A stretch of DNA of 64,000 nucleotides from Candidatus Poribacteria bacterium (GTDB lineage Bacteria > Poribacteria > WGA-4E > PCPOR2b). The stretch's first letter is position 1. Each line of letters starts with the position of its first letter. Made by a program: the position numbers and the translations under genes. The notes beneath the pieces are model-generated. The model was given only the letters and a program-made list of their open reading frames with translations, made no database searches and was not told where the DNA came from. The stretch is from positions 192,001 through 256,000 of the forward strand of contig OZ242351.1 in assembly GCA_965208675.1 (NCBI GenBank), read 5' to 3'. Positions 9,817 to 18,963 of this stretch are shown here, one piece after another.

Positions 9817-9846
9817 AGTATATCAGACCACTTCTTCTTCTGTCAA
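9817..9846 (-). promoter_or_regulatory. Sigma70-type promoter of rplU-rpmA
   Basis: TTGACA-18 nt-TATACT on the minus strand. Confidence 0.65.
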
Positions 9847-9849
9847 TAC

Positions 9850-11409
9850 TTAATCTACATAGATTTCACGATTTGTGTCTTGGGCGAATATCCGATAGTC
9901 TTCAAGGTGCATGTCGGGATCTCCCTTAAACCGAATGGTCAGTTTCATTGATTCTTCAAGTTGGCGAACCTTGCCGGCTTTCTCATTGAGAAGATGTGAC
10001 ACGATCATCTCGTTCGCCACGATTTCCAACCTTCTTTTTCGTGATTTCTGATGGGCTTTTTTAACGGTTCGGAGTAAGCCGATGGTAACCGTGTCCACCG
10101 AAAACACAGTGCCGTGTCCTTCGCAGTAGGGGCACGGCTCAGTGAGCAGCGTTGGCAGACTCGGTTTGGTTCTCTGCCGGGTCATTTCGACCAGGCCGAT
10201 TTCAGAAAAGTGGAGGATATTCGTTCGGGCACGGTCCTTTTTCAATGCCTGCTGCAACAGCTTGTACACCATCTTTCGGTGTTCGGACTGGTCCATATCA
10301 ATAAAATCGATAACGATAATCCCGCCAATATCTCTCAATCGGATTTGCCGAACCACCTCCTCAACGGCTTCAAGGTTTGCGCTCAGAATGGTATCATCCG
10401 GATCGCCTTTGCCGACGAATTTTCCCGTATTGACATCAACGGAAAACATCGCCTCCGTTTTTTGGATGACGATATGTCCGCCGCATTTTAGCCAGATCTT
10501 TTCGGTTAATGCCTTCTTAAGCTCTTTTTCAATGCCGTAGGATTCAAAGATAGGGCTGGGTTTGTCGTAGAGTTTGACGCGTGATCGAAGTTCCGGTAGT
10601 GCGGAGGATAGGTAATTGAGGGTTTCTCGGTATTTTTCTTTGGAATCAATGAAAATTTGGCTGACCTCGTTCGTCAAATAGTCACGGATCATTCGAGCGG
10701 TAAAACCGAGATCCTGATGCACCAAGTGGGGCGCGGACATTTTTTCGGACCGTTCGCAGATTCCCTTCCATTGATTAATCAAGTATCGAATTTCCGTCGC
10801 AAGTTCCTCTTCCGAAGCCCCTTCAGCCGCTGTGCGAATAATAAATCCACCTTCAACATCGGAACGCAGCGATTGCGCGATGTCTTTGAGGCGCTGCCGC
10901 TCTTCCGCGGATTCAATCCGCCGTGAAACGCCGATGCTCGACGAAGTGGATAAGTAAACAATGAATCTGCCCGGCAGGGTAACACAAGCGGTGACACGCG
11001 GCCCTTTTGTTCCAATGGGTTCTTTTACGACCTGGACGAGGATTTCTTGGTTCTTGCGAAGAAGATTGCTTATCGAATAAAAACTCCCCCTGCCGCCTCT
11101 TGGCGAATCTTTAGCGTTTGCGGCAAGACTCTCCTTCGTCGTATCCTTTTCTATGTCCTCTGCCTCGAAATCGTAATGAATATCCGAGGCATGGAGGAAG
11201 GCATGCCGATCCAATCCGATATCGACGAAGGCAATTTGCATACCGGGGAGTACGTTTTCAACGCGCCCCTTATAGACATTGCCGAGAGACTGCTCATCAT
11301 CCTTGCGTTCAATTTCAATCTCGCTAAGAACACGATCTTCTACGATAGCGCATCTGGACTCATATTCATCGTCAGAGATTAAAATCTCTTTTTGCATTGT
11401 CGCCTCCAT
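9850..11409 (-). CDS. rng: Ribonuclease E/G family protein
   Basis: GNVYKGRV..LPGMQIAFVDIG (S1), VDVNTGKF, RLRDIGGIIVIDFIDM, CPYCEG zinc link. Confidence 0.93.
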   Translation of the reverse strand: MEATMQKEILISDDEYESRCAIVEDRVLSEIEIERKDDEQSLGNVYKGRVENVLPGMQIAFVDIGLDRHAFLHASDIHYDFEAEDIEKDTTKESLAANAKDSPRGGRGSFYSISNLLRKNQEILVQVVKEPIGTKGPRVTACVTLPGRFIVYLSTSSSIGVSRRIESAEERQRLKDIAQSLRSDVEGGFIIRTAAEGASEEELATEIRYLINQWKGICERSEKMSAPHLVHQDLGFTARMIRDYLTNEVSQIFIDSKEKYRETLNYLSSALPELRSRVKLYDKPSPIFESYGIEKELKKALTEKIWLKCGGHIVIQKTEAMFSVDVNTGKFVGKGDPDDTILSANLEAVEEVVRQIRLRDIGGIIVIDFIDMDQSEHRKMVYKLLQQALKKDRARTNILHFSEIGLVEMTRQRTKPSLPTLLTEPCPYCEGHGTVFSVDTVTIGLLRTVKKAHQKSRKRRLEIVANEMIVSHLLNEKAGKVRQLEESMKLTIRFKGDPDMHLEDYRIFAQDTNREIYVD

Positions 11410-12021
11410 TCTTAAGTCGCTAATGCGTTGTCAGTTATCTCTCGCGGCGCTGCCGTGACAACTGCTACTGTGCACGACGGCGCAAAAGCGGGTGAAGCTA
11501 CCGGCTTTTATGTTCAATTTGACAATGCACTAGGAGGTTTTAAAGTAACAAAATTATGGAGGCAACGGGCCTAACATCAAGTTTAGAATTTGTTCAAGAA
11601 TTATCTTCCTATTAAAGATATATGAACGCACACGTCGGCACTGGTTTTCGATGTGGAGCGGAATCTTCGATTCAGGCACATTCTTTGCCTTGGATTACCA
11701 TGCGCGACCATGTGCTGTAAAATTCTCTTCATACAATCATGTCTTATTATCTTAAGTCAATATCCCGCTTGTATAACTCCCGATCTGACACTGCTTCTGA
11801 ATGTCAGAAAACCGAACGTCGGTAAGGGTTGAGGATGTATTTGCTAAACCAACTTGTTCAAACACTAATCAAATACATCGCACATTCAGAATCCGTACCT
11901 GGATTCAATGATGTAAAACCCATGTGTCGGGATTTTGATACAACGGTGACATTGATTTATTTCATTGAATGAAAGGTTGTCGGCCGCTTTTATCCGCGTG
12001 ACAACACTCGCTCAAAACCCA

Positions 12022-13596
12022 TTAAGTTCCTTTGCGCGGCGTCATTGTGATTACCGGAATGATTAACTCGCTAGGTGAAATCCCGCCGTGCTGGAAGCCG
12101 CCGCGAAACTGTCGCGTATATTCATGATACTGATTTGGATAGACAAAATAGTAATCTTCCTTCGTTATAATATAGTTTTTACTTGAACCCTCAGCGGGTA
12201 ACCTATATTCATTCGGATGCGCGATGTGTATAGCTTGATCTCTATTGCACCCGAGGTTCGTACCGACTTTGAAACGAAGGCTTGTGGACGTTTCGCGATT
12301 TCCAAGCGCTTTAGTAGGTCTATTGCAAAGAACGGAACCGTGGTCAGAGGTTAGGACGACGGTGGCGTTTCGGGTTGCAATAATCTTCAAGACCTCAAAG
12401 AGCGCGGAATGGGCGAACCATGATTTTGCCAGTGAACGAAAGGCAGATTCATCCGGTGCTATTTGCTGAAGTACATTTGACTGTGAACGTTGATGGGTTA
12501 ATATATCAATGAAGTTAACGACCAGAGCAGATAAACTGATTTGGTCGAAAGACGAAACTTGACGTAAAAACTCGTTGCCTCCCTTGGCGTCAAATATCTT
12601 GAAATACCTAATTCCTGGTTTAAGGTTCAGCCCGGCTCTTTGAAGCTTTTGTTGAAGGAGCTGTTTTTCATACCGATTCGTACTGGTTTCGTCTTCTGAG
12701 TTTTCCTGCCAATATTGCGGGAATTTCTTTGCAATCTCTTGAGGAAATAAACCGCTAAATAGTGCATTGCGAGAGTAGAGCGTTGCACTAGGCAAGATTG
12801 AGAAGTAAAAATCCCGATTGGTATAAAAATAGGGCCGAATCAGCGGCTCAATCGCCATCCAATGGTCGAGCCTGAGACAATCAACAACAATAAAATAGGT
12901 GGGTCGTTTTCCGCGTAGATGTGGGATGACAAAATTATCTAACACATCCACAGATAAAATTGGCGAGTTTTCCCCTTTTAACCAGCGGGTATAGTCTCGC
13001 GAAACATAGTCCGAAAATGAAGCATTACACTCCTTTTTTAGCTCTACGTGAGTTTCTTCAAGGCCTGTTTGTCCCAATTGATCGAATTCGAGATCCCATT
13101 CGACCAATTTCAGATAAATTTCAATCCACTTGCGCCAATCCGGGGCGGTCTCTTTTGTGTGTCGAATCTGATCGAAATCGTGCGTGTAGTTGCGGGGTAC
13201 TTGTCCTTCTGCAATCTTTGTCTGGTCTAGAACACGTTTCAAGGTAAGAGCGACCTGCGCTGCCCCGATTGGTTTCACCAGAAAATCGCTAATCCGTTTC
13301 CCCAACGCCTCATTAACTACCTGATCATCATGGCATTGTGTTAGCATTACCACGGGCAAGGTCGGGTCAATCGCGCGGATGCGGTCCAATGCTGCTAAGC
13401 CGTCCTGCCCAGGCATCATCTGGTCAAGTAAAACCACATCATACCGCTGATTATTGAGCAGTGAAATTGCATCGTCCCCGTTGGACACAGAGGTGACATC
13501 ATAAGACTTTTCATTCAGAAAAAGGATGTGGGGTTTCAGGGCATCAATTTCATCATCAACCCATAAAATTTTGTGAGCGATATTTTGCATTAACAA
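12022..13596 (-). CDS. Response regulator with receiver and PglZ/alkaline-phosphatase-fold domain (PorX-like)
   Basis: ILWVDDEID..LLDQMMPG receiver; VVDCLRLD, SILPSATLYSRNALFSG, TSDHG, FQHGGIS phosphodiesterase motifs. Confidence 0.9.
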   Translation of the reverse strand: MLMQNIAHKILWVDDEIDALKPHILFLNEKSYDVTSVSNGDDAISLLNNQRYDVVLLDQMMPGQDGLAALDRIRAIDPTLPVVMLTQCHDDQVVNEALGKRISDFLVKPIGAAQVALTLKRVLDQTKIAEGQVPRNYTHDFDQIRHTKETAPDWRKWIEIYLKLVEWDLEFDQLGQTGLEETHVELKKECNASFSDYVSRDYTRWLKGENSPILSVDVLDNFVIPHLRGKRPTYFIVVDCLRLDHWMAIEPLIRPYFYTNRDFYFSILPSATLYSRNALFSGLFPQEIAKKFPQYWQENSEDETSTNRYEKQLLQQKLQRAGLNLKPGIRYFKIFDAKGGNEFLRQVSSFDQISLSALVVNFIDILTHQRSQSNVLQQIAPDESAFRSLAKSWFAHSALFEVLKIIATRNATVVLTSDHGSVLCNRPTKALGNRETSTSLRFKVGTNLGCNRDQAIHIAHPNEYRLPAEGSSKNYIITKEDYYFVYPNQYHEYTRQFRGGFQHGGISPSELIIPVITMTPRKGT

Positions 13597-13642
13597 CTCA
13601 CCCCTTTTTCCCTTTTATCCTTCAAATTTAGGGAAGCCTCAA

Positions 13643-15157
13643 CTAGATTTCTTCTCGTTTCTCGCCGGATATTGTCCCGATTGGCAGTACAATTTCGAAC
13701 GTTGTTCCATCAGGCCCGGTGTCGACTAACCGGATTTTCCCATGATGGTGCGTCTCGACAATACGCTTGACAAGCGTTAATCCAAGCCCCCAACCGTGTT
13801 TCTTGGTTGTTACGCCGGGGTGAAAAATTTTTCGGCGGTCTTTCCGCACAATCCCCTTGCCGTTGTCCGTGTATCGAATAATGATGCGACGGTTCTTCTC
13901 ATCAAATCTCGGATCGATTTCGATTAAACCGCTCGGTTTGTCGAGGGCGTCGAGCGAATTGCGAATCAGGTTCTCAAAAACCCATTGCATAAGTTCTGCA
14001 TTGGCGAAGACGTATGGAAGTTCACTAGCCGCGACCCTGATGTCAACCGATTTGTTGCGATTGGGCAAGCGTTTTTGATAATAGGAAACGACATCGCCAA
14101 TCACTTCGTTGACGTTGACCTCCGTTTTTTGCGGTTCCGATCCAATCTTCCCAAAACGTGCCGTGATTTTCTGCAATCGGACGATGTCGTTATGCACATT
14201 TTCATAGATGCCGTTAACGGTAGCGTCGTCCTTTTCCCGATTTCGACTGGTCAACAACTCCAACCATCCCATCAACGAGGATATTGGCGTTCCCAGTTGA
14301 TGTGCGGTTTCCTTGGTGAGACCGCCCCAGAGCGCCGCCTGTTCACTAAATCTTATACGCCGATAGGTCAGAAATCCAACACCCAAGAATGTTGCAAACA
14401 CAGTTATTAAGACTATCGGCATAATCATAATGCCAAGATAACGCGTCGATTCGTAATAAAAATAACCCTTACGCAAGTCAGGTGTGGTCTGCAGCGGCAC
14501 CTCGCGTCCCAACACTTTGGAGCTCTGCACCAGTTTTTCAGCCCGTGCCAACTGTTCCGGTGTAGCATGCTTGGCAGTAATTAAGTCGCCGCCCCAGATT
14601 CGCCACATCTGCGGTTTCCGGTTCAAATCCGTCACGACAAAGGGAACCTGTTCTATCGCTGTCACATCGGCGTCGCCATGAAAAAAATAGGCAGAAAGTT
14701 CGCGATTTTCTAAGCTGTATTGAATGGACACCGGTCCATTCTTCCTCTCCATCCGGTCCAATGCGTCTTTGAGTTTGACTTGCTCGACGGGGGATAACGC
14801 AATTGACGGCTCGGTGTTGACTTTTTGGTCGATTGCTTCATCAACGCCCTTGGCAATCACAACTTCCCCGTTATCTGCATCTGTAATGATGAACGATAGA
14901 CGGCTTACCGTCAATAACTGCTTAACTATTTGCGTCAATCCATCTTGAAGTTCTCTGTCCTTCACCTCGGGTAATGTCGCCGCAAGGTGTGCCAACGGTC
15001 CGACCTGTTCATTCAACGCTCGATCTAGCTGGAGAATCTGTCTGGTATAATACACGAAGGCGAGCGACAGAATGAGTAGCCCAACGATAAAGTACGCTAA
15101 CAGGAATCTCGTCGTGGCGTACCCAGTCGGCACAATCCTTTTGCGCTTGAACAGCAT
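13643..15157 (-). CDS. Membrane sensor histidine kinase
   Basis: Two TM segments, ETAHQLGTPISSL H-box, ENLIRNS, DNGKGI, GWGLGL. Confidence 0.92.
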   Translation of the reverse strand: MLFKRKRIVPTGYATTRFLLAYFIVGLLILSLAFVYYTRQILQLDRALNEQVGPLAHLAATLPEVKDRELQDGLTQIVKQLLTVSRLSFIITDADNGEVVIAKGVDEAIDQKVNTEPSIALSPVEQVKLKDALDRMERKNGPVSIQYSLENRELSAYFFHGDADVTAIEQVPFVVTDLNRKPQMWRIWGGDLITAKHATPEQLARAEKLVQSSKVLGREVPLQTTPDLRKGYFYYESTRYLGIMIMPIVLITVFATFLGVGFLTYRRIRFSEQAALWGGLTKETAHQLGTPISSLMGWLELLTSRNREKDDATVNGIYENVHNDIVRLQKITARFGKIGSEPQKTEVNVNEVIGDVVSYYQKRLPNRNKSVDIRVAASELPYVFANAELMQWVFENLIRNSLDALDKPSGLIEIDPRFDEKNRRIIIRYTDNGKGIVRKDRRKIFHPGVTTKKHGWGLGLTLVKRIVETHHHGKIRLVDTGPDGTTFEIVLPIGTISGEKREEI

Positions 15158-15195
15158 TAGTCTTCCTCTATCCGACGAACAGAAAATCCCACATT

Positions 15196-15224
15196 ATTCT
15201 ATCAGAAAACCGGTTTTAAGTCAA
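15196..15224 (-). promoter_or_regulatory. Sigma70-type promoter of the kinase/regulator operon
   Basis: TTGACT-17 nt-TAGAAT on the minus strand, ~40 nt upstream of the start. Confidence 0.65.
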
Positions 15225-15486
15225 GAATTGTTTAGTCGGAATAGCGAGTGGAATCATGCCGTGATTTTGATTTGACAGACGCAACGGTGTGGTTAGGCGG
15301 CATCGGTACATGCACTCACCCGAACGAATTGTGAGCGCGATAGTGTTCGCAAGTTTGGGGATTAGCATACAGTTTCCTGACGCCAAGATTGAGCGGACGC
15401 GTGGATTTCTTTTCCGATGCGAATTCAATTCCTAACTATGAATTATTGACGCAATTAATCCCTGTACGGTTTATCAATTTTTGGTC

Positions 15487-17076
15487 TCAAGGCATTTCGA
15501 ACGTTCGGCGTAGAATGCTTTGGTGGCCGAGGTCATTTTCGAGATGGTAGATAACCGTATGAGTACCGGCAGTAGCGTTGATGTGGCTAACATTGATTGT
15601 TGGGCTGAGTGTGATAACCTCAGCGTCGTCACCGGAGACTGTCTCTTGGTGAGAATATGGGCCAGAGCATCTTTCTCCGAGGGGATTAAGGATTTTCCAC
15701 GAGACCTTAATCCATTTTGGGCGCGGATTGAGTTTGATATAAACCACTAATTCATCCGCGAGCGAGTTCTCATTGAAGCCGAGTACACCAAATTCAGAGA
15801 GCATTTTGGCTGTCATAGTTATCGGCGGAACGTATTCCAAGTAGCCCTTGCCGGGAATTGCTCGCCAGACCCCCTGCGTGCCCCAAGCAATCTGTTTAAC
15901 AGGCAAATAGTCCAGGCCGAGGACGTTCACACGTATGCGTTCGCGCTGCAACGTTTCGATGACAAAATCTAGGCTATACTCGGACTTGCCATCGTAATCT
16001 GCATCATGGAATGCAGCGTCACTCGCGAATACGAAGAACCGTTGCCTTCCCGTACGGAATTTTATCCTGTCCACCGCTGTCATTAACGCGTCTAAACCGG
16101 ATTCGAGGAGATCACCCCCGCCCTCAAATTCAATCTCGTGAAGCCAAGTTTTAAACTTACTGCGTTCGGCCGTAACACCGCGTGCATTTGGTTTTTCTTC
16201 CGCGGCATCGGAAAAAGTGACGAGGCCAACCGCTGCGTTGTGTCCCGTTCGCGCTAAATGATCCAGAAATTCATCGGTATAAGCCCGAATTCCACGAACA
16301 TTGTCTTTCATGCTCCCCGTCTTGTCGACGATAAATACGATATCAACTTCGGGTGTGGTTGCGGCCTCCGCAATGTCTAGTGCGAGATCGGTCATCAGCT
16401 TGATGTAATTTCCTTGCGGTCGCGATGCCCCGCCGCTGCCGTAGCTGCCGTAAGAGTTTCCTACAGGTGCACCGCGCAGGACTGCGCCGCGCGTGTGCCA
16501 ATACCGCATATCGGCTGGACTAACCTCAAGAGAATTTGCTTTCAAACCCCTTCCCGACTCACTTAGGCTGATATTTTCGTTTTCGGTTGGAGCGGTAACA
16601 TCATCCGAACGCGTCGGTTGTAATGGCACAACTGCGGCAGCAATTGGTTGAGGTATCGGATACGCAGAATTTGGCAAGCGGGAATGAGGATTCAGTCTAA
16701 TCTGGTTAGATTTTGTTGACCGTTCCCCAATTTTGGAAGTTGTCTCCCGGTGCGCTGGGTTGTCGAATGAGGGTTCAACCTGCCATTCTGCATCAGAAGT
16801 GGGCGTTGGCTTGGGCGGATCAAACTTCTTTGCCTCTTCCGTGGGCTTAGCAGGAGGCGGCGGCTTTTGAGGCTTACTAGGACGGTCTTCTATACGGGGT
16901 AAATACGAGATATCAATCGCAATCTCATCATGAACGGGTCGAGTCTGATAACGTTCATGCCAAAGCCGGGATAAGATAAGCAGGATAAGGAGGTGAACCA
17001 TGAGCGAGTACATTAGAAAGGAGTAAGAATGTCTGCGCGGCTGCACGGTATCACCTGCTTTGAGAATGGAAGGCAC
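15487..17076 (-). CDS. Membrane-anchored vWA domain protein with Pro-rich linker
   Basis: N-terminal hydrophobic helix, KPQKPPPPAKP linker, MIDAS-like DIVFIVDKTGSM, GGGD..ESGLDAL, FASDA. Confidence 0.8.
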   Translation of the reverse strand: MPSILKAGDTVQPRRHSYSFLMYSLMVHLLILLILSRLWHERYQTRPVHDEIAIDISYLPRIEDRPSKPQKPPPPAKPTEEAKKFDPPKPTPTSDAEWQVEPSFDNPAHRETTSKIGERSTKSNQIRLNPHSRLPNSAYPIPQPIAAAVVPLQPTRSDDVTAPTENENISLSESGRGLKANSLEVSPADMRYWHTRGAVLRGAPVGNSYGSYGSGGASRPQGNYIKLMTDLALDIAEAATTPEVDIVFIVDKTGSMKDNVRGIRAYTDEFLDHLARTGHNAAVGLVTFSDAAEEKPNARGVTAERSKFKTWLHEIEFEGGGDLLESGLDALMTAVDRIKFRTGRQRFFVFASDAAFHDADYDGKSEYSLDFVIETLQRERIRVNVLGLDYLPVKQIAWGTQGVWRAIPGKGYLEYVPPITMTAKMLSEFGVLGFNENSLADELVVYIKLNPRPKWIKVSWKILNPLGERCSGPYSHQETVSGDDAEVITLSPTINVSHINATAGTHTVIYHLENDLGHQSILRRTFEMP

Positions 17077-17190
17077 ATGGGAGGTAAGATAGGGTCATGG
17101 CCTCTACAAATTTCTCCGCCAATCGTCGATCTCCATCTGTATTATCAGGCGGCAAACCCCAATTCATGGCGAGTTAGTTTGAAAATTCTG

Positions 17191-18957
17191 TCATTGGCTG
17201 ACAAGTCGTTGGAATTCGAGATTGTTGCGAATTCCGTCTAACGCCCTATCAGTCTTTGCCGTTTCTTGATAGGATTTATCACGCGAAAATGCAGTTTCAA
17301 ATGCATCCAGCGCCTTTTCGAGGTTATCGGTTTTTACGTACGTGAGACCCAAGTGATAATGGGCAGACGCCAAATAACCACCTAACTCCACAGCCTGTTC
17401 CAAGGCGGCAGCCGCTTCCGTATACTCGCCGCGTTTGTAGAGCACCCATCCAAGTGTGTCGTGAAATGTCGCGTTATTTGGTTCGTTCAGTAAGGTTTTC
17501 CTTGCGATGGATTCCGCTTTCTCCAAATGTACACCTGCATCCGCGAATGACCAAGCTAACGAGTCGAGACTAGCGATTGCGTACTCACGTACGTGGGCGT
17601 CAGGGTCACTTTCCGCCAATCGTTCAAGTCCCGGAAGTGCTCGAATGTCTCCGAGATCGCCAAGCGCGAATGCAGCGCTGCGGCGGACATTTTCTGCCTC
17701 CGAATTGAGCGCCGCAATGAGCGGCTTTACTGCTTGCCTGCTGCCAACGCGGCCTAAAGCAATCACGGCAGTACTGCGAATGAAATCCTTTTCGTCTTTT
17801 AGCATCGCAATTAACGGTTGCACTGCGCGTTTGTCTTCAAGTGCGCCCAAAGCAACGACAGCACTCACACGAACCGAACTATTTTCGTCCTGGAGGGCAT
17901 CAATGAGCGGCGCCACTGCCCGTTGCTCGCCAAGCCGTCCCAATATGCTCGCTATTTCAGCACGGATAGGATTATTTTCAACTTCGAAAAGTGTAAGCAA
18001 TGGCTCCACCGCTGCGGGACCAAGCTTCTCCAACGCTGAAGCCGCAGTGGCGCGCACCAGAAGATTTTCGTTGTTCAGGACCGGAATCAACAGCGCGATC
18101 GCCGGTTCACCGAGCGCTACCAGTGCCTCCGCAGCTTTGTCGCGGATTGAAGGCTCATCGTTAAGTGCGGCAACCAAGGGAATTCCTGCTCGCATATCGC
18201 CAAGCTGCCCTAAAACAGAAGTTGCAGCCTCACGAACCAACGGGCTCTCATCTTTTAACGCCTCAATTAGCGGCTCGACAGCGCGTTTATCGCCAAGTTG
18301 CCCAAGTGCTAAGGCAGCAAATGGGCGGGTATAGCTGTCCTGATTGATGACAGTCAGCAGCGGCCCCACTGCTTGTTTATCGCCAAGATGCCCTAACGCA
18401 ACCGCAGCCGAAAGGCGGACATCGTTCTTTTTATCCTTAAGCGCCGCGATTAACGGTTCTGTGGCGCGTGCGTCCCTAAGTTGGCCCAACGCGAAGGCTG
18501 TGCTGCTGCGTACTCTACTGTTTTTGTCTTTCAGTACATCAATCAGCGGTTCAACGACTCGTCTGTCGCCAAGTTGCCCAAGTGCAATGGCAGCACTTTC
18601 GCGGACATTACGCCTCTCTTTCTTGTCCTCAAGAGTAGCTAGCAACGGCTCGACTGCCTGTTTGTCGCCAAGATGACCCAACGCAACCGCAGCACTCTCG
18701 CGGACATCACGCTTCTCGCTTTTGTCATTGAGGCGATCCAACAGTGGAACTACTGCTCGCGAATCCCCAAGCCTACCCAATGCTTCCGATGCTTCTATAC
18801 GAGCACTCTTATCTGCGCTCGTCAGTTGTCGGGAATACTTAGCGAATTCATCCAGTTTTTCCTCGGCCGATGCAGGTTGAATAAATCCAAGTGTCATCGT
18901 GACAATGAGGATAAAAACAGAAATCGACTTGTAGTTTTTCATGTTATTATATGCCAC
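17191..18957 (-). CDS. Secreted HEAT (PBS-lyase/E-Z type) repeat protein with C-terminal TPR
   Basis: Signal peptide (..QPASA), many VRxxAAxALGxLGDxRAVEPL repeats, DTLGWVLYKRG and AHYHLG TPRs. Confidence 0.9.
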   Translation of the reverse strand: MAYNNMKNYKSISVFILIVTMTLGFIQPASAEEKLDEFAKYSRQLTSADKSARIEASEALGRLGDSRAVVPLLDRLNDKSEKRDVRESAAVALGHLGDKQAVEPLLATLEDKKERRNVRESAAIALGQLGDRRVVEPLIDVLKDKNSRVRSSTAFALGQLRDARATEPLIAALKDKKNDVRLSAAVALGHLGDKQAVGPLLTVINQDSYTRPFAALALGQLGDKRAVEPLIEALKDESPLVREAATSVLGQLGDMRAGIPLVAALNDEPSIRDKAAEALVALGEPAIALLIPVLNNENLLVRATAASALEKLGPAAVEPLLTLFEVENNPIRAEIASILGRLGEQRAVAPLIDALQDENSSVRVSAVVALGALEDKRAVQPLIAMLKDEKDFIRSTAVIALGRVGSRQAVKPLIAALNSEAENVRRSAAFALGDLGDIRALPGLERLAESDPDAHVREYAIASLDSLAWSFADAGVHLEKAESIARKTLLNEPNNATFHDTLGWVLYKRGEYTEAAAALEQAVELGGYLASAHYHLGLTYVKTDNLEKALDAFETAFSRDKSYQETAKTDRALDGIRNNLEFQRLVSQ

Positions 18958-18963
18958 CCTTCC

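Noticed and set aside
12022-13596. PglZ domain as evidence of a BREX system
   Set aside because: It is fused to a receiver domain and paired with a kinase; no brxC/pglX/brxL nearby
15287-15300. 14-mer GTGTGGTTAGGCGG shared (inverted) with 7677-7690
   Set aside because: A few 14-mer matches are expected by chance in 64 kb; no matching attC left end here
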